Positions 48,496 to 61,600 of a stretch of 64,000 bases of DNA are shown one piece after another; positions within the stretch are counted from its first letter, which is position 1, and every line of letters starts with the position of its first letter. The stretch lies in contig BQFW01000011.1 in assembly GCA_020891255.1 (NCBI GenBank), positions 868,001 through 932,000 of the forward strand, in the 5' to 3' direction. Source of the stretch: Entomortierella parvispora E1425 (Eukaryota; Fungi; Mortierellomycota). The notes beneath the pieces were generated by a model. The model was not told the DNA's origin, searched no databases, and saw only the letters and a list, made by a program, of their open reading frames with translations. Made by a program: the position numbers and the translations under genes.

Positions 48496-50026
48496 GAGAT
48501 CGCACAAGGTGTCGAGCTTCCACTCCTCCTTCTCAACGGCGACGAAGAACTGCTTGATACCCTCGAGGGTCAACTCATCCTTCTTGACCAAGATGCGGAT
48601 GGGGTCGCGCATGAACTTGGTGGTGACCTCCATGACCTCAGAGGGCATGGTGGCGGACAAGAGGACGACCTGGGTGGTGGGGGGGAGACGCTGGAAGACA
48701 TCGTAGATCTGATCCTTGAAACCGCGGGAGAGCATCTCATCGGCCTCATCGAGGATGAACATCTTCATGGAGTCGGTCTTGAGGGCACCACGGTTGATCA
48801 TGTCAAAGACACGACCGGGGGTACCGACGACGACGTGGGCACCGGCCTCGAGGCGCTTCATGTCCTCGCGAACGTTGGTACCACCAATGCAGGCGTGGCA
48901 CTCAACCTTCATGAAGTCACCGAGAGCGATGACGACCTTCTGGATCTGCTGGGCCAACTCGCGGGTAGGGGCGAGGATGAGGGCCTGGCACTGAGGGTTG
49001 GAGGTATCCAACTTCTGAAGAGCCGAGATGGAGAAGGTGGCGGTCTTTCCGGTACCGGACTGAGCCTGGGCGATGACATCGCGACCCTTGATGACGGGGA
49101 GGATGGCACGCTGCTGAATGGTCGAGGGACGCTCGAAACTGTGGTGGAACAACAAAAGAGAAGGATAGATGAGTCCAAGTGCCTGAAAGTTTTTCTCCAA
49201 AAGGGTCGTTGCGATCGATCCTCTGTTTCTATTCCATTTCATTTTTTTTTGTGTAGCCTGAAAAGTGAACGTACCCATAGGCGTAAATACCACGGAGCAA
49301 CTCGGGGGAGAGGTTCATGTTGTCGAAGTTATCGACGATCTCGTCCCAGTTGGACTATGAGTAGGGAAGCCACAAAATGAAAAGGTGGGTCTAGGGGTCA
49401 GTCTTCTTGTCAAGATTCAAGGTGCATCCAACAAAGGGTTCTTTCTATTCCTGGCGGCCCTTACCTCGATCTCGTTCTGGTCGAGCTCGAGACCAGAGTT
49501 ATCGTTACTAAATTAGTTCAAAAAGGCCCACATTAGTTCCTAGCTCTTTGTTGGATCATCGGCGATAACCACCCACAGCAAGGGGGGGAAGGGACCGGCA
49601 AGGGGGACAGACTGCGGCAGGTCAAGCAGGTCAAAGCAGGCCAGGCAGGTGACACCGTCATGGACAGGAGTGCATCCAGTAGGAGAGAAGCACACCAAGG
49701 GGGGGGGGGTGACCACCTGCCTGTCGTCTGGCTCAGGTCCTGGATCCTGTCCCAGAGCAGATCCATCATCTATTCATCTCCAAAAGACGATCATGTCTGT
49801 TTCCACGCTGGATGGAATCAATGCCCCTTGCCATCCTGATCGACACTGTCCATCGAGCGCAGATGAGATGAGACTTGTTCTCTCTCTGTCCGAGCACACA
49901 GTCCAGTCGAGACCCTTTAGTTCGCCCGTTTCGTCGCTGATGCTGCGATGATGAGCCAGAGGTGGGACAAGGGACAAGGGAGGAGGGGATGAGAGGGATG
50001 AGAGGGATGACCTACCTGGCAGCCAT
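48073..50026 (-). CDS. TIF1: Translation initiation factor eIF4A (DEAD-box helicase), 399 aa; complement(join(48073..49138,49275..49354,49465..49507,50016..50026))
   Basis: Q motif [55 protein letters not shown]. An 11-nt first coding exon completes the 1200-nt frame. Confidence 0.97.
49719..49865 (-). ncRNA. Candidate intronic box H/ACA snoRNA in eIF4A intron 1
   Basis: On the sense strand: hairpin (GGATGG/CCATCC), ACATGA H box (49796-49791), hairpin (TCGTCT/AGACGA lower and TGGATC/GATCCA upper stems with internal pocket), then ACA (49724-49722) 16 nt from the upper stem. About 147 nt. No target assigned. Confidence 0.5.
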
Positions 50027-50940
50027 GTTTTTTTTGCTTTTTTTTTATATAGAAGACAAGAGAGTTCCTTTCAAAAGAACTCGAATGTCTAATCTGGAGA
50101 TGGAAAGGAAGCAAGAGGGTGAAAAATTTTTTTCAGAGGGAGAGAATCCCTTTTTACATGGCTTTACTGCGGGGGACCTTTTTTTTTTTTTTCTTTTTTT
50201 TTTTTCTTTCTTTTTTTGCGCTCTCTTTTTTTTTTTGTTCACTCGGCAAAGCCACCCAACGGGGCGGGGACTCTTTTTTTTTTTTTTTTTTTTTTTTGGT
50301 CTTTCCCCTTCCCTAGCCTGGCCTGGCCTGTGTTGTCATGTATGGTCTTTACCATGACCGCGTGGGCGCACAGAGCTGAAGAGGAAGCAGGAGATGTCGT
50401 CAGTGCACGTTCTTCTTCTGTTGTTTACAGCCTGGCCTTGTTGGCCAGAATGCAGCACTGCACAAGGGATATGTGCCTTGTCCTTCTTGCATCATGGCTA
50501 TCACTGACTTGTCTTCCTGGTCCAGCTCTCTTGAGCACCTTGGGTGCAAAGTCAGCCTTCTTCGACAGAACACAACAAGAGCCCATGGTACACCCTTAAG
50601 ACGGAGAATCAAAACAAACCGTCAGAATGCAAGTCACACCTTCCACTTGATAGTTCTTGGACAGTCTCAAGGACATGACGTCGGGACCCAGACGCCACAA
50701 GGAGGATGACAGACAATCAAGGTCGAGGGGGTATGCCTGTCTTGCTATCTTCAGGAGTACCTGCCTTTTTTTTTTTTTCTTGCTCCAAGGTTGTTATGTG
50801 TTTCCCCTTTCCGGTTAAATGAAATCACGTGATCGTGGCCAAACTGGCGAGCGTGGTCTCGAGCTGGCCACCACCACGAGTTGAGGAGCTCAAAGAATCA
50901 TCCAGCAGCGAATGGCGGTGCAAGACAAAGGCGGCAGCCA

Positions 50941-50988
50941 CCAGACAACCAGACAACCAGACAACCAGACAACCAGACAACCAGACAA
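50941..50988. repeat. (CCAGACAA)6 tandem repeat in the eIF4A/RPA1 divergent intergenic region
   Basis: Six perfect 8-bp units. Confidence 0.95.
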
Positions 50989-51050
50989 CACCCAGAGAGG
51001 GCGCTGTCAAACGGCGTTGACGCGCCTTTGCCACCAGAGTGAGCAGACGC

Positions 51051-51114
<64 letters not shown>
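51051..51114. repeat. (AGAC)16 microsatellite upstream of RPA1
   Basis: Sixteen perfect units. Confidence 0.95.
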
Positions 51115-51115
<1 letters not shown>

Positions 51116-51148
51116 TCAGCCAAGCCAAGCCACCGCAGCGCACATTGG

Positions 51149-51154
51149 ACGCGT
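51149..51154. promoter_or_regulatory. MCB-like element (ACGCGT) upstream of RPA1
   Basis: ACGCGT about 75 nt before the ATG, with a second ACGCG core near 51020. RFA1 is an MBF target in yeasts. Confidence 0.5.
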
Positions 51155-51227
51155 TGTGTGTTTGTTTGGCAAGAACACGAAACGGCATCTCTTTCCCCTC
51201 ACCTCACTCCGTCCGCCCATCATTCTC

Positions 51228-53817
51228 ATGAGTTCATTGACCCCGAACGCCATCAGCGCAATCTACAACGACCAGCCTTGCCAGGGCCCCATCCTCCAGG
51301 CATTGAGCACCAAGCCCTTCCAGCAGTCGGCTACTGGGCCCATTCGCATCAGGTAAACACCTCACTGCTCTGTTCTCGGCTTTTGGTGGCAAAACGGTCC
51401 AGTGAACCCATGGACACATGCAAACTAATGTCCTTGAACCCTCCTTCGTCCCTTTTGTTTCTAGAGTTCTTTTCTCGGACGGTACCAAGTTTCTTCAGGG
51501 TATGGGCAGAACCGTATTGACGTCAGGTCGTTCATGCTGCTTTTGCAACACCGTGGACTAAACTCGTCTTTACTTTCCACTTGTAGGCATTCTCGGAAAC
51601 AACTTGAACCAGCTCGTGGACAGCGGTGCTTTGAAGAAGTACTCCATTGTCAAATTGACAAAGTTCAATCTCAAGGCTATCAACGGTAGAAGGTACCCTC
51701 CTCGGAAAAGAATCGCAATAGGCATCCTTGTGACGGTGCGCCCAAAGCCCAAAGCAGCAGGATGTCATGCTCTTTTATACTAACCGTCGACCTTGTTCTT
51801 TGCGCTAGAATTATTCTCGCTTCGGATTTGGAGATTTTTGACCAGTTTGGCGAAATCAGCAAGATTGGTGAACCTGTAGGCGACCTTCTTGTTGTGCATA
51901 TGCTGTGTCCAACTTTACACGAGTTCTAATAGACGTCCTTTTCTATAACCTTGATAGCAAAATATCGAACCAGAGGCTGGCGGAGCAGCAGCAAACGCAG
52001 GAGGCGCACCTCAGAGACAAGCACAGCCGCAGCAGCAGCAACAGGCGAGCAGCAACCCCTACAGCAACCCTTACTCGCAGCAACCCCAGCAGCAGCAATT
52101 TCAACAACAACAGCAACAGCAGCAGAATGCTCAAGTAGCGCTCAACGGTGGCCCAGTTTTCCCTATCAGCTCCTTGAACCCTTACCAGAACAAATGGACT
52201 ATTGTTGCCCGAGTCACTCAAAAGTCAGAGATCAGGACATGGAGCAAGCCCAACAACACGGGAAAGTTGTTTAGCATCACATTGATGGATAACAGCGTAA
52301 GGGAAAATGCAGGCATTCCCCCCTCCCTCCACCAGCTAAGCTGAAAGATACACTTACTAACCTTCATGGATCTAACCATTTTCATTTTAGGGCGAGATCA
52401 AGGCCACATTCTTCACTAACGAGGTCGATCAGTTCCACAACTTGATCGAAGAGGGAAGGGTCTACCAAATCTCCAACGGAAGAATTGACAGCGCCAAGAA
52501 GCAGTTCAGCACTGTGAAGAATGATTACGAGATGCTTATCCAGAGAGACACTGAAATTATCCCTGTGCCTGAAAACAACAGCGTCCCAACCGTCCGCTAC
52601 AACTTTGTCGATCTTGCTTCCCTTGAAAAAGTGAATGAGAAGGAGACTGTCGATGTCATCGGAATCATCAAGGATATCGGCGAGGTCTCGAACAACATTT
52701 CTCAAAAGACCAACAGACCCGTCATCAAGCGTGATTTGACATTGGTGGACGATTCGGGTGTCGCCACTCGACTTACCCTGTGGGGTAACCAGGCAGAGAC
52801 TTTTGCCGTCAGCGGATCAAACCCTGTCATTGCCTGCAAGGGTGTCTCTGTCAGCAACTTTGGAGGTAAGTTTGCACCATTCAGATGGGACCTCTGGTAG
52901 TATTTCAACAAAATGACTCTAATTCCTGTTATTGATTATTTACTTCTTTATCTGTAGGCAAATCTCTGAATGCATTTGGAGGCAGCTCGTTCAAGCTTAA
53001 CCCAGAGGATGAGCGCGCGTACAAGCTCCGCAACTGGTATGACCAGCAGGGTCAGGCCGCCACCTTCCGTGCACACGCTTCCGATTTCAAGGGCAATGCC
53101 GGTCCTAGAATGACGTTTGAAGAGTTCCAAACTGCTAGCGCAAACCTCAGCCCTAGCGATCAGCTCTTCTTTGAAACCAAGGGCACTATTGTGATGATGA
53201 GCAAGTCCGAGAACACATTCTCTTACCCTGCCTGCCCAACCCCCGGATGCAACAAGAAGGTGATTCAGGAGAACAACGGATGGCGCTGCGAGAAATGCCA
53301 GCAGACACATTCAGATCCCGAGTACAGATACGTCATGGGCGTCAACGTCGCCGACCATACTGGCCCCAACTGGCTTCAGGCCTTCAACGAAGCAGGACTC
53401 ACTATCACTGGTCGCCCCGCTGGTGAACTTATTTTGGTATGCAGCCCTGGTTGGATCTAAAGATGTTTTTTTTTTTTTGTAACGAATGCCATTTGCCCTC
53501 ACATTTCTAACCCCACTCCATCCTTGCTACAAATAGCACCCTGATCAGGTCAAGTCAACGTTCCACAAGGCAAACTTCAAGTCCTACATCTTCAAATGCA
53601 AGGCGAAGCAGGAAACCTACGGTGTAAGTATAGCTGTCCATGCCAACTGTACTATTTCCCAAGTATCTCGTACTAAATTATTGCAAATGATATTACATCT
53701 TGTTTTCCAATATAGGATGAGGCCAAGACTCGATTCACTATTTTGTCAGCTACTCCTCTGGACTGGGTGGAGGAGTCAAAGCTCCGTTTGAAGGAGTTGG
53801 AAGAATATGGCATCTAA
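51228..53817 (+). CDS. RFA1: Replication protein A 70-kDa subunit, about 604 aa; join(51228..51352,51465..51499,51587..51692,51809..51875,51958..52296,52391..52865,52958..53436,53537..53623,53716..53817)
   Basis: [57 protein letters not shown], Zn ribbon [13 protein letters not shown]...WRCEKC. Nine exons stay in phase (1815 nt). Confidence 0.96.
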
Positions 53818-53983
53818 AATTTCCATTGTCAGAACGTACAATTCTTTTTCGATATCTCTTTCAAAAAAATGTAATAAAAACAAAGCGACCATCTGTAAAA
53901 AAAAAAAAAAAAAAACCTCGCTCTCCAGTGGAATAGGTTTTGAAGGGATGGCAATGCATTTTTTTTCTTTTATAAATTATTTT

Positions 53984-54856
53984 CTACAGGTAGATGTCAT
54001 TCCCAGTCGGTGGTTGATAACCGACAAAACGCCTTGCGAGTGCGTCCCGATCCAAAATCGCGCCTGGCCAACTCTCTAATTTTCCAGCAAGGGGGTCGTT
54101 TGGATCGTTGTCTTCGTCTTCCTCCTCAGGGTCCGCATGTTCGCCTCTGGAGATGCTTGCACCAGGGATATTTTGCAGTCCAGGCAAGCCAGCGCCCACA
54201 CTGTTGCTCGAAGGCGTCTCGTTCAGTTCCTTGGAGAGCCGGATCCGGATGGTGGGGCGATGTCGGGTGACGGTTAAAGGGTCCAGGTTGGGTTGATCTG
54301 GGTTGGGATCCCAGATTTCTTGTTCAGAGACTTGTCCGATTTCTGTAAATTGATGCAGTGAACCTTCCATGCGACGCTTCAAAATCTCGGCCACGGTGAC
54401 GGCTTTGGCGATGCAGCGACCCTGCGCTTTGATGGTGAGGACGCCCCTTGGTGCAGATCCTGGTGATATATGTGATGGTGTTGAGGTGGATGTCGAGGGT
54501 GCTGACGCTGAGGTTGACTATGAGAGTAAGAGACCATCCGTTAGTTTTCCATGCTCTTGGGAAAAAAAAAAGACCCCGCCCTAATTTCCCTCCCTTCTCT
54601 TCATGCATACCTTCTCTGATGATTCTGCTGGTGTATCGGCCTCCGTCAAGACTTCAAGGGCACGGGTGACATAGGACCGAATTTTGCCATGCGCCGAAAT
54701 GACCATGACGCCATGTTGCTGAGGTCTGTTGTGAGGATTGATCGAGCCGTTGCCTGCGTTGGCTGAAGCGGTCGTCTTGGGTCCTGTAGAGTCGGCAGTG
54801 TCGTCGTCCTCGAACTTTGACTTTGTTGTCTTTGGCCTGCGATGATAGTTCTCCAT
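53984..54856 (-). CDS. RPP25: Alba-domain RNase P/MRP subunit Rpp25-like protein, about 259 aa; complement(join(53984..54517,54611..54856))
   Basis: KIRSYVTRALEVL, AQGRCIAKAVTVAEILKRR..GSLHQ.T.I, IWDP...LDPLTVTRHRPTIRIRLSK and GYQPP match the recalled Alba/Rpp25 pattern. Confidence 0.82.
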
Positions 54857-55002
54857 GATGTGATGCAATGTCCTGCCTGTGAGCGAAAAAGAAGAAGAAA
54901 AAGAGGAGCGCCTTCCATGCATGCATGCATGCACTCAGACACTGAGATCTTGCAGTCCGCAGTCACAGCGCGACGGGCGAGTGTTTTTGCCACCGTTCCA
55001 AC

Positions 55003-55008
55003 ACGCGT
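55003..55008. promoter_or_regulatory. MCB-like ACGCGT in the short RPP25/hypothetical-gene bidirectional promoter
   Basis: ACGCGT within a 248-bp spacer between divergent ATGs (54856 and 55105). Confidence 0.35.
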
Positions 55009-55104
55009 TATTGGACCGAGACGACATTCCCTCTTTGCCTTCCTTCTCCTTTCCTTTCCCCCCTCTTTGCCAAGGACTCGCCGTCGTCTCATCCACGCTT
55101 GCCG

Positions 55105-57671
55105 ATGCCGGCCTTTGCACACGGTTCATCCTCAGCTGCATCATCGCCATCCAAATCAAGCTCCATCGCGTCCTCTTCATCAGGCTGGATTCAATCCAAG
55201 CAACGACCCTCTGCAACCTCCATTCAGACCCTTCTTCTACCAAAAGGTGTCTCTCAGCAACAAGCGCCAAACTTGAAACGACAGTCTTCTACCGAGTCAA
55301 CAAAAAAAGCTGCCTCCCCAACACGTTATCGACAGTCTACGCTCCTCCTCCCTGGCGCCATTTCAATGACCAAAAAAACGGACGTTGCGAACGCGGCCGG
55401 GTCCAGGACGGTCGAGACCAAGGACAAGGACAAGGACAAGGACTCGGATACTCTGGATGCCATCCGAGCCAAAGTATCGCAGTTCCAGCCAAAGATTAAT
55501 GCCATGCTGCCTAGGATGATGGATAAAGGTGCGTGCTTGCTTCCTCTTTCGTATGAGAGACCGCGAACGACTGTGTTGTTTCCGGGTTTGGCAAGAGATA
55601 AAGGCGTCTCTTTTCTTTAGAACCATAGACTAAAACAGTTTTAAATGTTTCTACAGGTGCCACCGAAAAAAAGACTTCCTCAGCGGCGCCTCCCTCCAGC
55701 AAGGGCAAGAAAATCACCGAGAAAGCACCCACTCTGAGCAAGGCTCAGAATGCGCCGACTGAGGGCGACCTTAATTCAAACGATTCTGCCTCTGTGAAGC
55801 GGGGACCACCCACATCTACAGCAGGAACTGGAGTGGTGGCCTCTTCGTTGACAGATCCAGTGTCAGTAAAGGCGACAGTAACATCAAAGACCTCCAAGGG
55901 CAAAAAGGAACCTGCTGCATTGCCCACCAGTATCGCCGACCGTATTCCCAAAGGTAGTCGAACAAAGCCTCTTGCGCAAAAGACATCGGTGCCGCCGCAG
56001 CAGAGTCGGACTCCAGAACAGCAAGAGACGGTGATTGTCTTGTCATCGTCGCTCCCCGGTTCTCCTATGGACGAGGACGCTATTGTGATTGACAATGATG
56101 AACAGGCGACTTCTGTGGCAATGAATAACAGGACGTATTTGTCAATCGCCACGGTCGATTCCAGCCTTTCATCTGACAGTGTAGACAATACCATGCCTTC
56201 GATTGCAGCCGACAAGATTGCACGTTGGATGGGAGACGTCCACGAGGCGATGCAACAAGAAGAGTCGGTGAAAGATGACTCGAACACCGCCCATCCTTCT
56301 GATACCACATATACCCGGGCCGTCGTGACTCCCAGAGCATCGACGACGATTACATCAAAAGCAACCGAGCCTGGTCGTCGATCGACTCTGCGATGCCCAC
56401 CCCAGATCTCGAAACGCGGCGGAAATTTGGCAAGGTCCCCACCTGTTCATGAAGTCGTGTCTTCTTCTCCGCCAGAGGAAGGAGGTCAGGATTCCGATGT
56501 CGATCCAATGGAAGATCTGTTGGAGGATCTATTGCAGGAGCAGTTGCCTCAGCAACAGCAAAAGTCGAATGCGACCGCTCGAATTTTGGTCAAGGACTCT
56601 ATCCCGGCAAATATGACCCGCGCAGATACCAAGCAACCGCTCGATGACCTTGACGCTGATACTAAGGTTCAACAGGTTATGCAAGAGTCGTTACCCTCTT
56701 TTGTGTACAAAAAGGACGATGAGGATGAGATGATGGATGACCTTGCAGTCAAGGAGGACGAAGAGGCCTACTACCGGCGCAACATGGTCGAGGAGGTGGA
56801 TGAAGTGCCGGAACCAAAGGTGGCCAAGCCTCCATCAAAACGTTTATCAAAACCAGAACCAGAGCCGACACAGGAGCCGTCCCTACCCTCCTTGCCCTCG
56901 GAGCTGACGGCATCCTGCTTGGAAGAACTTGGGCTGAAAAGAAAGAATTCGACGGAACGGTCTGCAAAGAAAAAGCGAGCGGGCAGCCATATGTCGAAAC
57001 ACAATCTGGGGGGTTTGCAGGAAGAACAGGACGAGGAAGAAGGGGAGCAGGAGACATCGCCGATTTTTGCACAGCCCTATAGGGTGCCATCCAGCTTTGG
57101 ATTGATGCTGAGCAGGACAGGATCGCCCATTCCAAATACAGCACGGTCTTCTGAACCTGTCTCTCGCGAAAATTCTCGTCGGAGCATTATCATTAGCAGC
57201 GGGAGTGAAGTGGCCGTTAGCAGCTATGCAGATGAGGGCAGTCTGATGTTGATGGAGGAACCCAAGTATGTCCCCCTGGAGATTCCGCGGCGAGCCAACC
57301 TCTTGAGGAGCGACACTCAACAACGACGAAGGCCACCTGTACAAGAGGGTTACGACGAAGAGGATGAGGGACACGATTTTTCGCAAGGAAATAATGATCA
57401 GTCGCTCTACAGCCACCAGCCCACCCATGGACGACATGGGATCGAAAACGATCCGACCTTTCCTTCACCGCCGTCACTGGACTTTACGTTCTCGACTCTT
57501 CCCTCGATGCCTTCGCTTCCTTCGTTCTCGTCCTCACAGACACTGCCTTCGATGCAGCAGCCTTCCACTCTTACACTGCAAAGCGAGCCTTCCTTGGTGA
57601 TGCTAAGTACCTTGGACGAGGACAGAACCCAACCGTCGCGTCTGCGCCCGCCAGAACAAGAGCGGCCGTGA
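55105..57671 (+). CDS. Hypothetical disordered acidic/Ser-rich protein, about 812 aa; join(55105..55528,55657..57671)
   Basis: Two long ORFs joined in phase 1 by a GTGCGT...CTACAG intron. Acidic patches and a KRKNSTERSAKKKR NLS-like segment. Start codon uncertain (55105 or 55366). Confidence 0.7.
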
Positions 57672-58613
57672 AGCACCCATGGATTTTTTTCTTGCTTTTC
57701 TATTTCAAATAAAATTGACCGCGTAAAGAGTCATATTCACCAGAAACCTCGACAAAGAAGCCAGCAACGCGTTTGAACACATGCATTTCTGTCTTTTTCA
57801 ACTGTTTTTTTTTTTATTTTTTTATTTCTTTCTTCTTTTTTTTTTTTTTTTTTTTTGGAGATCGCTTGGTTGTAGCACGTGCTGTTCAAAGTACTCATCA
57901 CGGTTTCCAACGCGAGCTAGAGCTTTCAGAGCCAGACCTTTTCACTTTGGAAATGGTCAAAAAGCCCAGTGGCCCGAGTAGGGCCCATTTGTCGTTCAAG
58001 TGGAAAACTTTTGAGAAGGATTTTTGTCGCAACTTTGATCCAACATGGCCAGTTGGCGTTGCCACCCCCCTTTGGACATCTCTCCACTCGGGGAAAACAA
58101 CCATGACGAACCACTATATCATGACAGGGGGTGCTAATGACTTGTTCTTGTTGCAGCACCATGGGGTGGCGACTTTTTTTTTAATACAAGGTAAAGTCTG
58201 TCTACATGAGGAGAGGGAGAAGGGAAGAGAGGGAAGAGATGTATCGGAGAACCCCATGTGTTGGTAGTGTTCAGCAAGGCAACACAACGGCCACTACAAA
58301 GGGGCGACTGGGTTTGGATGAAGGATGTCTTGATAACGGACACATCCCATCTGCTCTTCATATCAAAAAAAAGAAAAAAAAGAAAACGAAGGCATCATGA
58401 CTGGTCGGTAGGGTTGATTGTGTTGTGTTGTCGTGTATTCGACAATGGATATAAAATAGAAAAAAAAGAAAAGTAAGGTCTTTTTGGCCAACTATGTAAA
58501 GAAGTCGAGTGTGCGTGTGTGTGTGTGTGTGTGCATGAGAGAGAGGGGGGGAGAGGGAATTTGATTTGAAAATGTCCATTTTTTTTTGTTCCAGTCCATT
58601 CTTGACTAATAAA

Positions 58614-61600
58614 CTAATGACTGACTCCGGGGTCCCGCAATCCCGTCCGCCTCTGGTACTCTGTCAAGGCCGCATCCACGAACCCCATGAGCTCATGCAG
58701 GTGAATATGCGTCCCCAAAGGCCAAATGATCTTTTGGATCCCCGTGTTGGACACTGTCCGCTCAAACTGATTCGTGGAACCAATCTGGTCCGGGTGAATA
58801 CACCAGCGTCGGAACGATTCTGGGAACGTCAGGCGCGCCACGTCGGGTGTCAACCAGTTTCGACAGTCGTCCATGCGTTTCTGGATCTGAGCCCAATCGT
58901 CCACATTCTTCAACAGTCGCGCCGCCAGATCCGTCGTCATCGCCACCTCCTCCTTGCCTGCCAGCGCTGCTGGTTCAAACTGGCCAATCTTGTGCATCTC
59001 CTTGCGGAGGGTCGCCGTGTGATAACTGTACACCTTGAAGCAAACCAAGACCTCCAGCAATGCACTTTAAACGGAAAAAGAAGAGTTGTGCCGAAAAAAT
59101 AGAGGGCAGTGGTTAATCAATCTGAAACAAACATAGAAACCAAAAAGACGACAACACTGCAGCGAAACTCGGCTCCACAAAGAAAAAAGAAGAAAAAAGA
59201 AAACTCACCTGAGTCCATCCAAACCGAGGAGCCCGTTGGTATGGCATTGCACGGTGAGCGAATTGATAAACTGTCGCATAGTCTCCCAGGAAGTGATCGA
59301 CTCCTTGACTGCAATATCCGGTCGTCCTGGATTGGAGAGGCTATGGTACTTGTCATTGGCGTGGAAAGCCGCAATAAACTCGATCGTGCTCAAAAAGTAT
59401 TGGATGGCGCTCAGTTTTTGCTCGCTCTTTTTCTTGAAATTATCGTCCGCACTGTGCTTGTAGGTGACACCCTTGGATCGTCGACTATTGTTTTTTTTAG
59501 ACAGGAAGTAAGAAGGTCAGCTCATTGTATCGCTGATGAGATGCCAATAGACAAAGTAAATACAGAGGCAAATGACTTTTTAAAAACTTACACTCGGTAG
59601 GTGTTGAAATATTGGGCAATCTTTTCAGCCACTTCGGGTCGTATGGTTGGCTTGGTTGGGGCCGAGTCGGCTCCACTGCTGGAAGCACTACCGTTACTGC
59701 TGGATGGCTTTAGCTCTGTCGACGTGGGTTTGGTAGGAGTTCCTGATGATTTAGTATTCGAGGCACTCAACGCTGGAGAATCAGATGCCGCTTTAGGCGT
59801 ATCCACCTGCACGCGTTTCCGCTGATAATCTTCAATCGACATCCGTTTCACTGTCGGGGTTGTTGCCAAGGAGCCGCTAGAGGTCGATCTAGCAAGTCCT
59901 TCCTTGGAATCAGAGGCTGGAGCAGAAGAAGGTGTAGCCACCGAGCCAGTGGTGGAAGGTGTGGGTGCTGTTGATTGTGTTGTTGACTGCGGTGCAGAAA
60001 CGGTGGCTGCTGCTGTCACCTCTTCCTTGATAGCCTGTGAAGGTCGACGCAAGGAGTTCGAAGAGACCGATGAGCTGGCGCCATGCTTGCTCTCTGATTC
60101 CCGACGACCACCGAGGGAGGATTTTGAAGAATCCGCGAGGTTCAATCTCGAATCAGAACGAGCAGAGATCGGACTTGCAGATCTCTCCCGTGTCCGGCGA
60201 TCCAAGTCTTTGCGTACATCCATACGTTCCCGTGATCTCGAACGCCGCTTCTTATCCCGACTAAGACTTCTCTCACGACTGCGATCCCGGCTTCTGTCAC
60301 GGGCAAAGCGATCTCGACTGCGGGCTCTTCCACGGTCATTGCGATCACGACTGTTGTCCCTCTGTCGACTGTCGGTCTTGCGTCGAGAGGACCGATCGTC
60401 ATCATAGTCTCTTCTGTCTCGGTTGCCTTTGCTATCTCGACCGAGGGGAGAGCCTCTGCTCCGATCATACCGTCCTCTGGGCGACCGTGAGCGTGTACGA
60501 CTGCGACTGCGTCCCCGAGCCCTGTCTTTAGTGCCGCGGTCCCGATCCTTGGTTCCAGTGGTGCTGCTGCGGTGACTGGTGTCATCTCGTGCATCCTTGT
60601 CCGTTCTGGATTTTGTATCTTTGTTGCTGTCCCTGTTGGTCCTGCCTCTGGGCGACGATGGTACAGCAGTAGAGGATCCTGTGCGATCGCTCTTGGCATT
60701 GCCGGAATCACCCTTACTTGCTCCGGCACGATGGATGGGGATAATAACTGTTCCATCCTCGTCTTTGGATACTCTGCGCTCCTTTGTAGATGAAGCCAAG
60801 GTCCTGTCGGACCTGTCTTTTGTCTCCCGCCCATTGCTATCAGCATCCTTGCCGCTGCGTCGAACATCTGCATCCTTGCTGGTCCGATCCCGGGAATCGC
60901 TGCGTTTTTTGACCACAGGGGCAGATTCAGATTTGATTTCCTTGGATCCGGAATCCGTCCTACTTCGAATTTCCAAAGCACTGACCGCCTGCGATCTGGA
61001 TTTTGGTTCGTCCGAACTTTCCCTGCGTCGCCTCTTAATCGTTTCCTCGGCATCCGCCTCATCCGTACTATGGTAGCCTGGCAGTCGACTCCTGTCCTTG
61101 GGCCGCTCTGATACAGGAGAGAGGGATTGGGTATCCTTGGTTCTACCTTTGGAGCTGGTGCCGTTCTTTTCCACTCTGTCTGTCATTCCCTTGTCCGTTG
61201 TAGAAGAACCTACGGAAATAGAGCTGCGTTTGGCATCCGTAAAAGAGCTGTCCATAGGTTGCTTGCTCTTGGGCTCTGGGGGACTTTTTGTGGTGGAGCT
61301 TTTAGTGGGCAGGGGACTTTTGATACCGTGCTTAGTATCCTTGCTGCTGTAATCTCTGTCCCTTGACCTGGCCCTGGGATGTCTTTTATCATCGGATCCT
61401 GAGCTGTCTGGAGAATAAGATCGAATACGCTTGGAACGACTGTCTGCAGTGCGCCTGGAATCCACAGGGGCAATACCAGGACTTTCCACAGATTTTCTTT
61501 TGCTGAGCGGGCTGTCTGAGGGCCGTGGGCTTCGGAGGCCGAGAGCATTGTTGTCGTCGTAAAACATGTCCTTGTCTTCGTCCCTTTTCCTGTCTTTTGC

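Noticed and set aside
48220-49380. 386-aa plus-strand ORF
   Set aside because: It is exactly antisense to eIF4A. Strong codon bias in highly expressed genes removes stops on the opposite strand.
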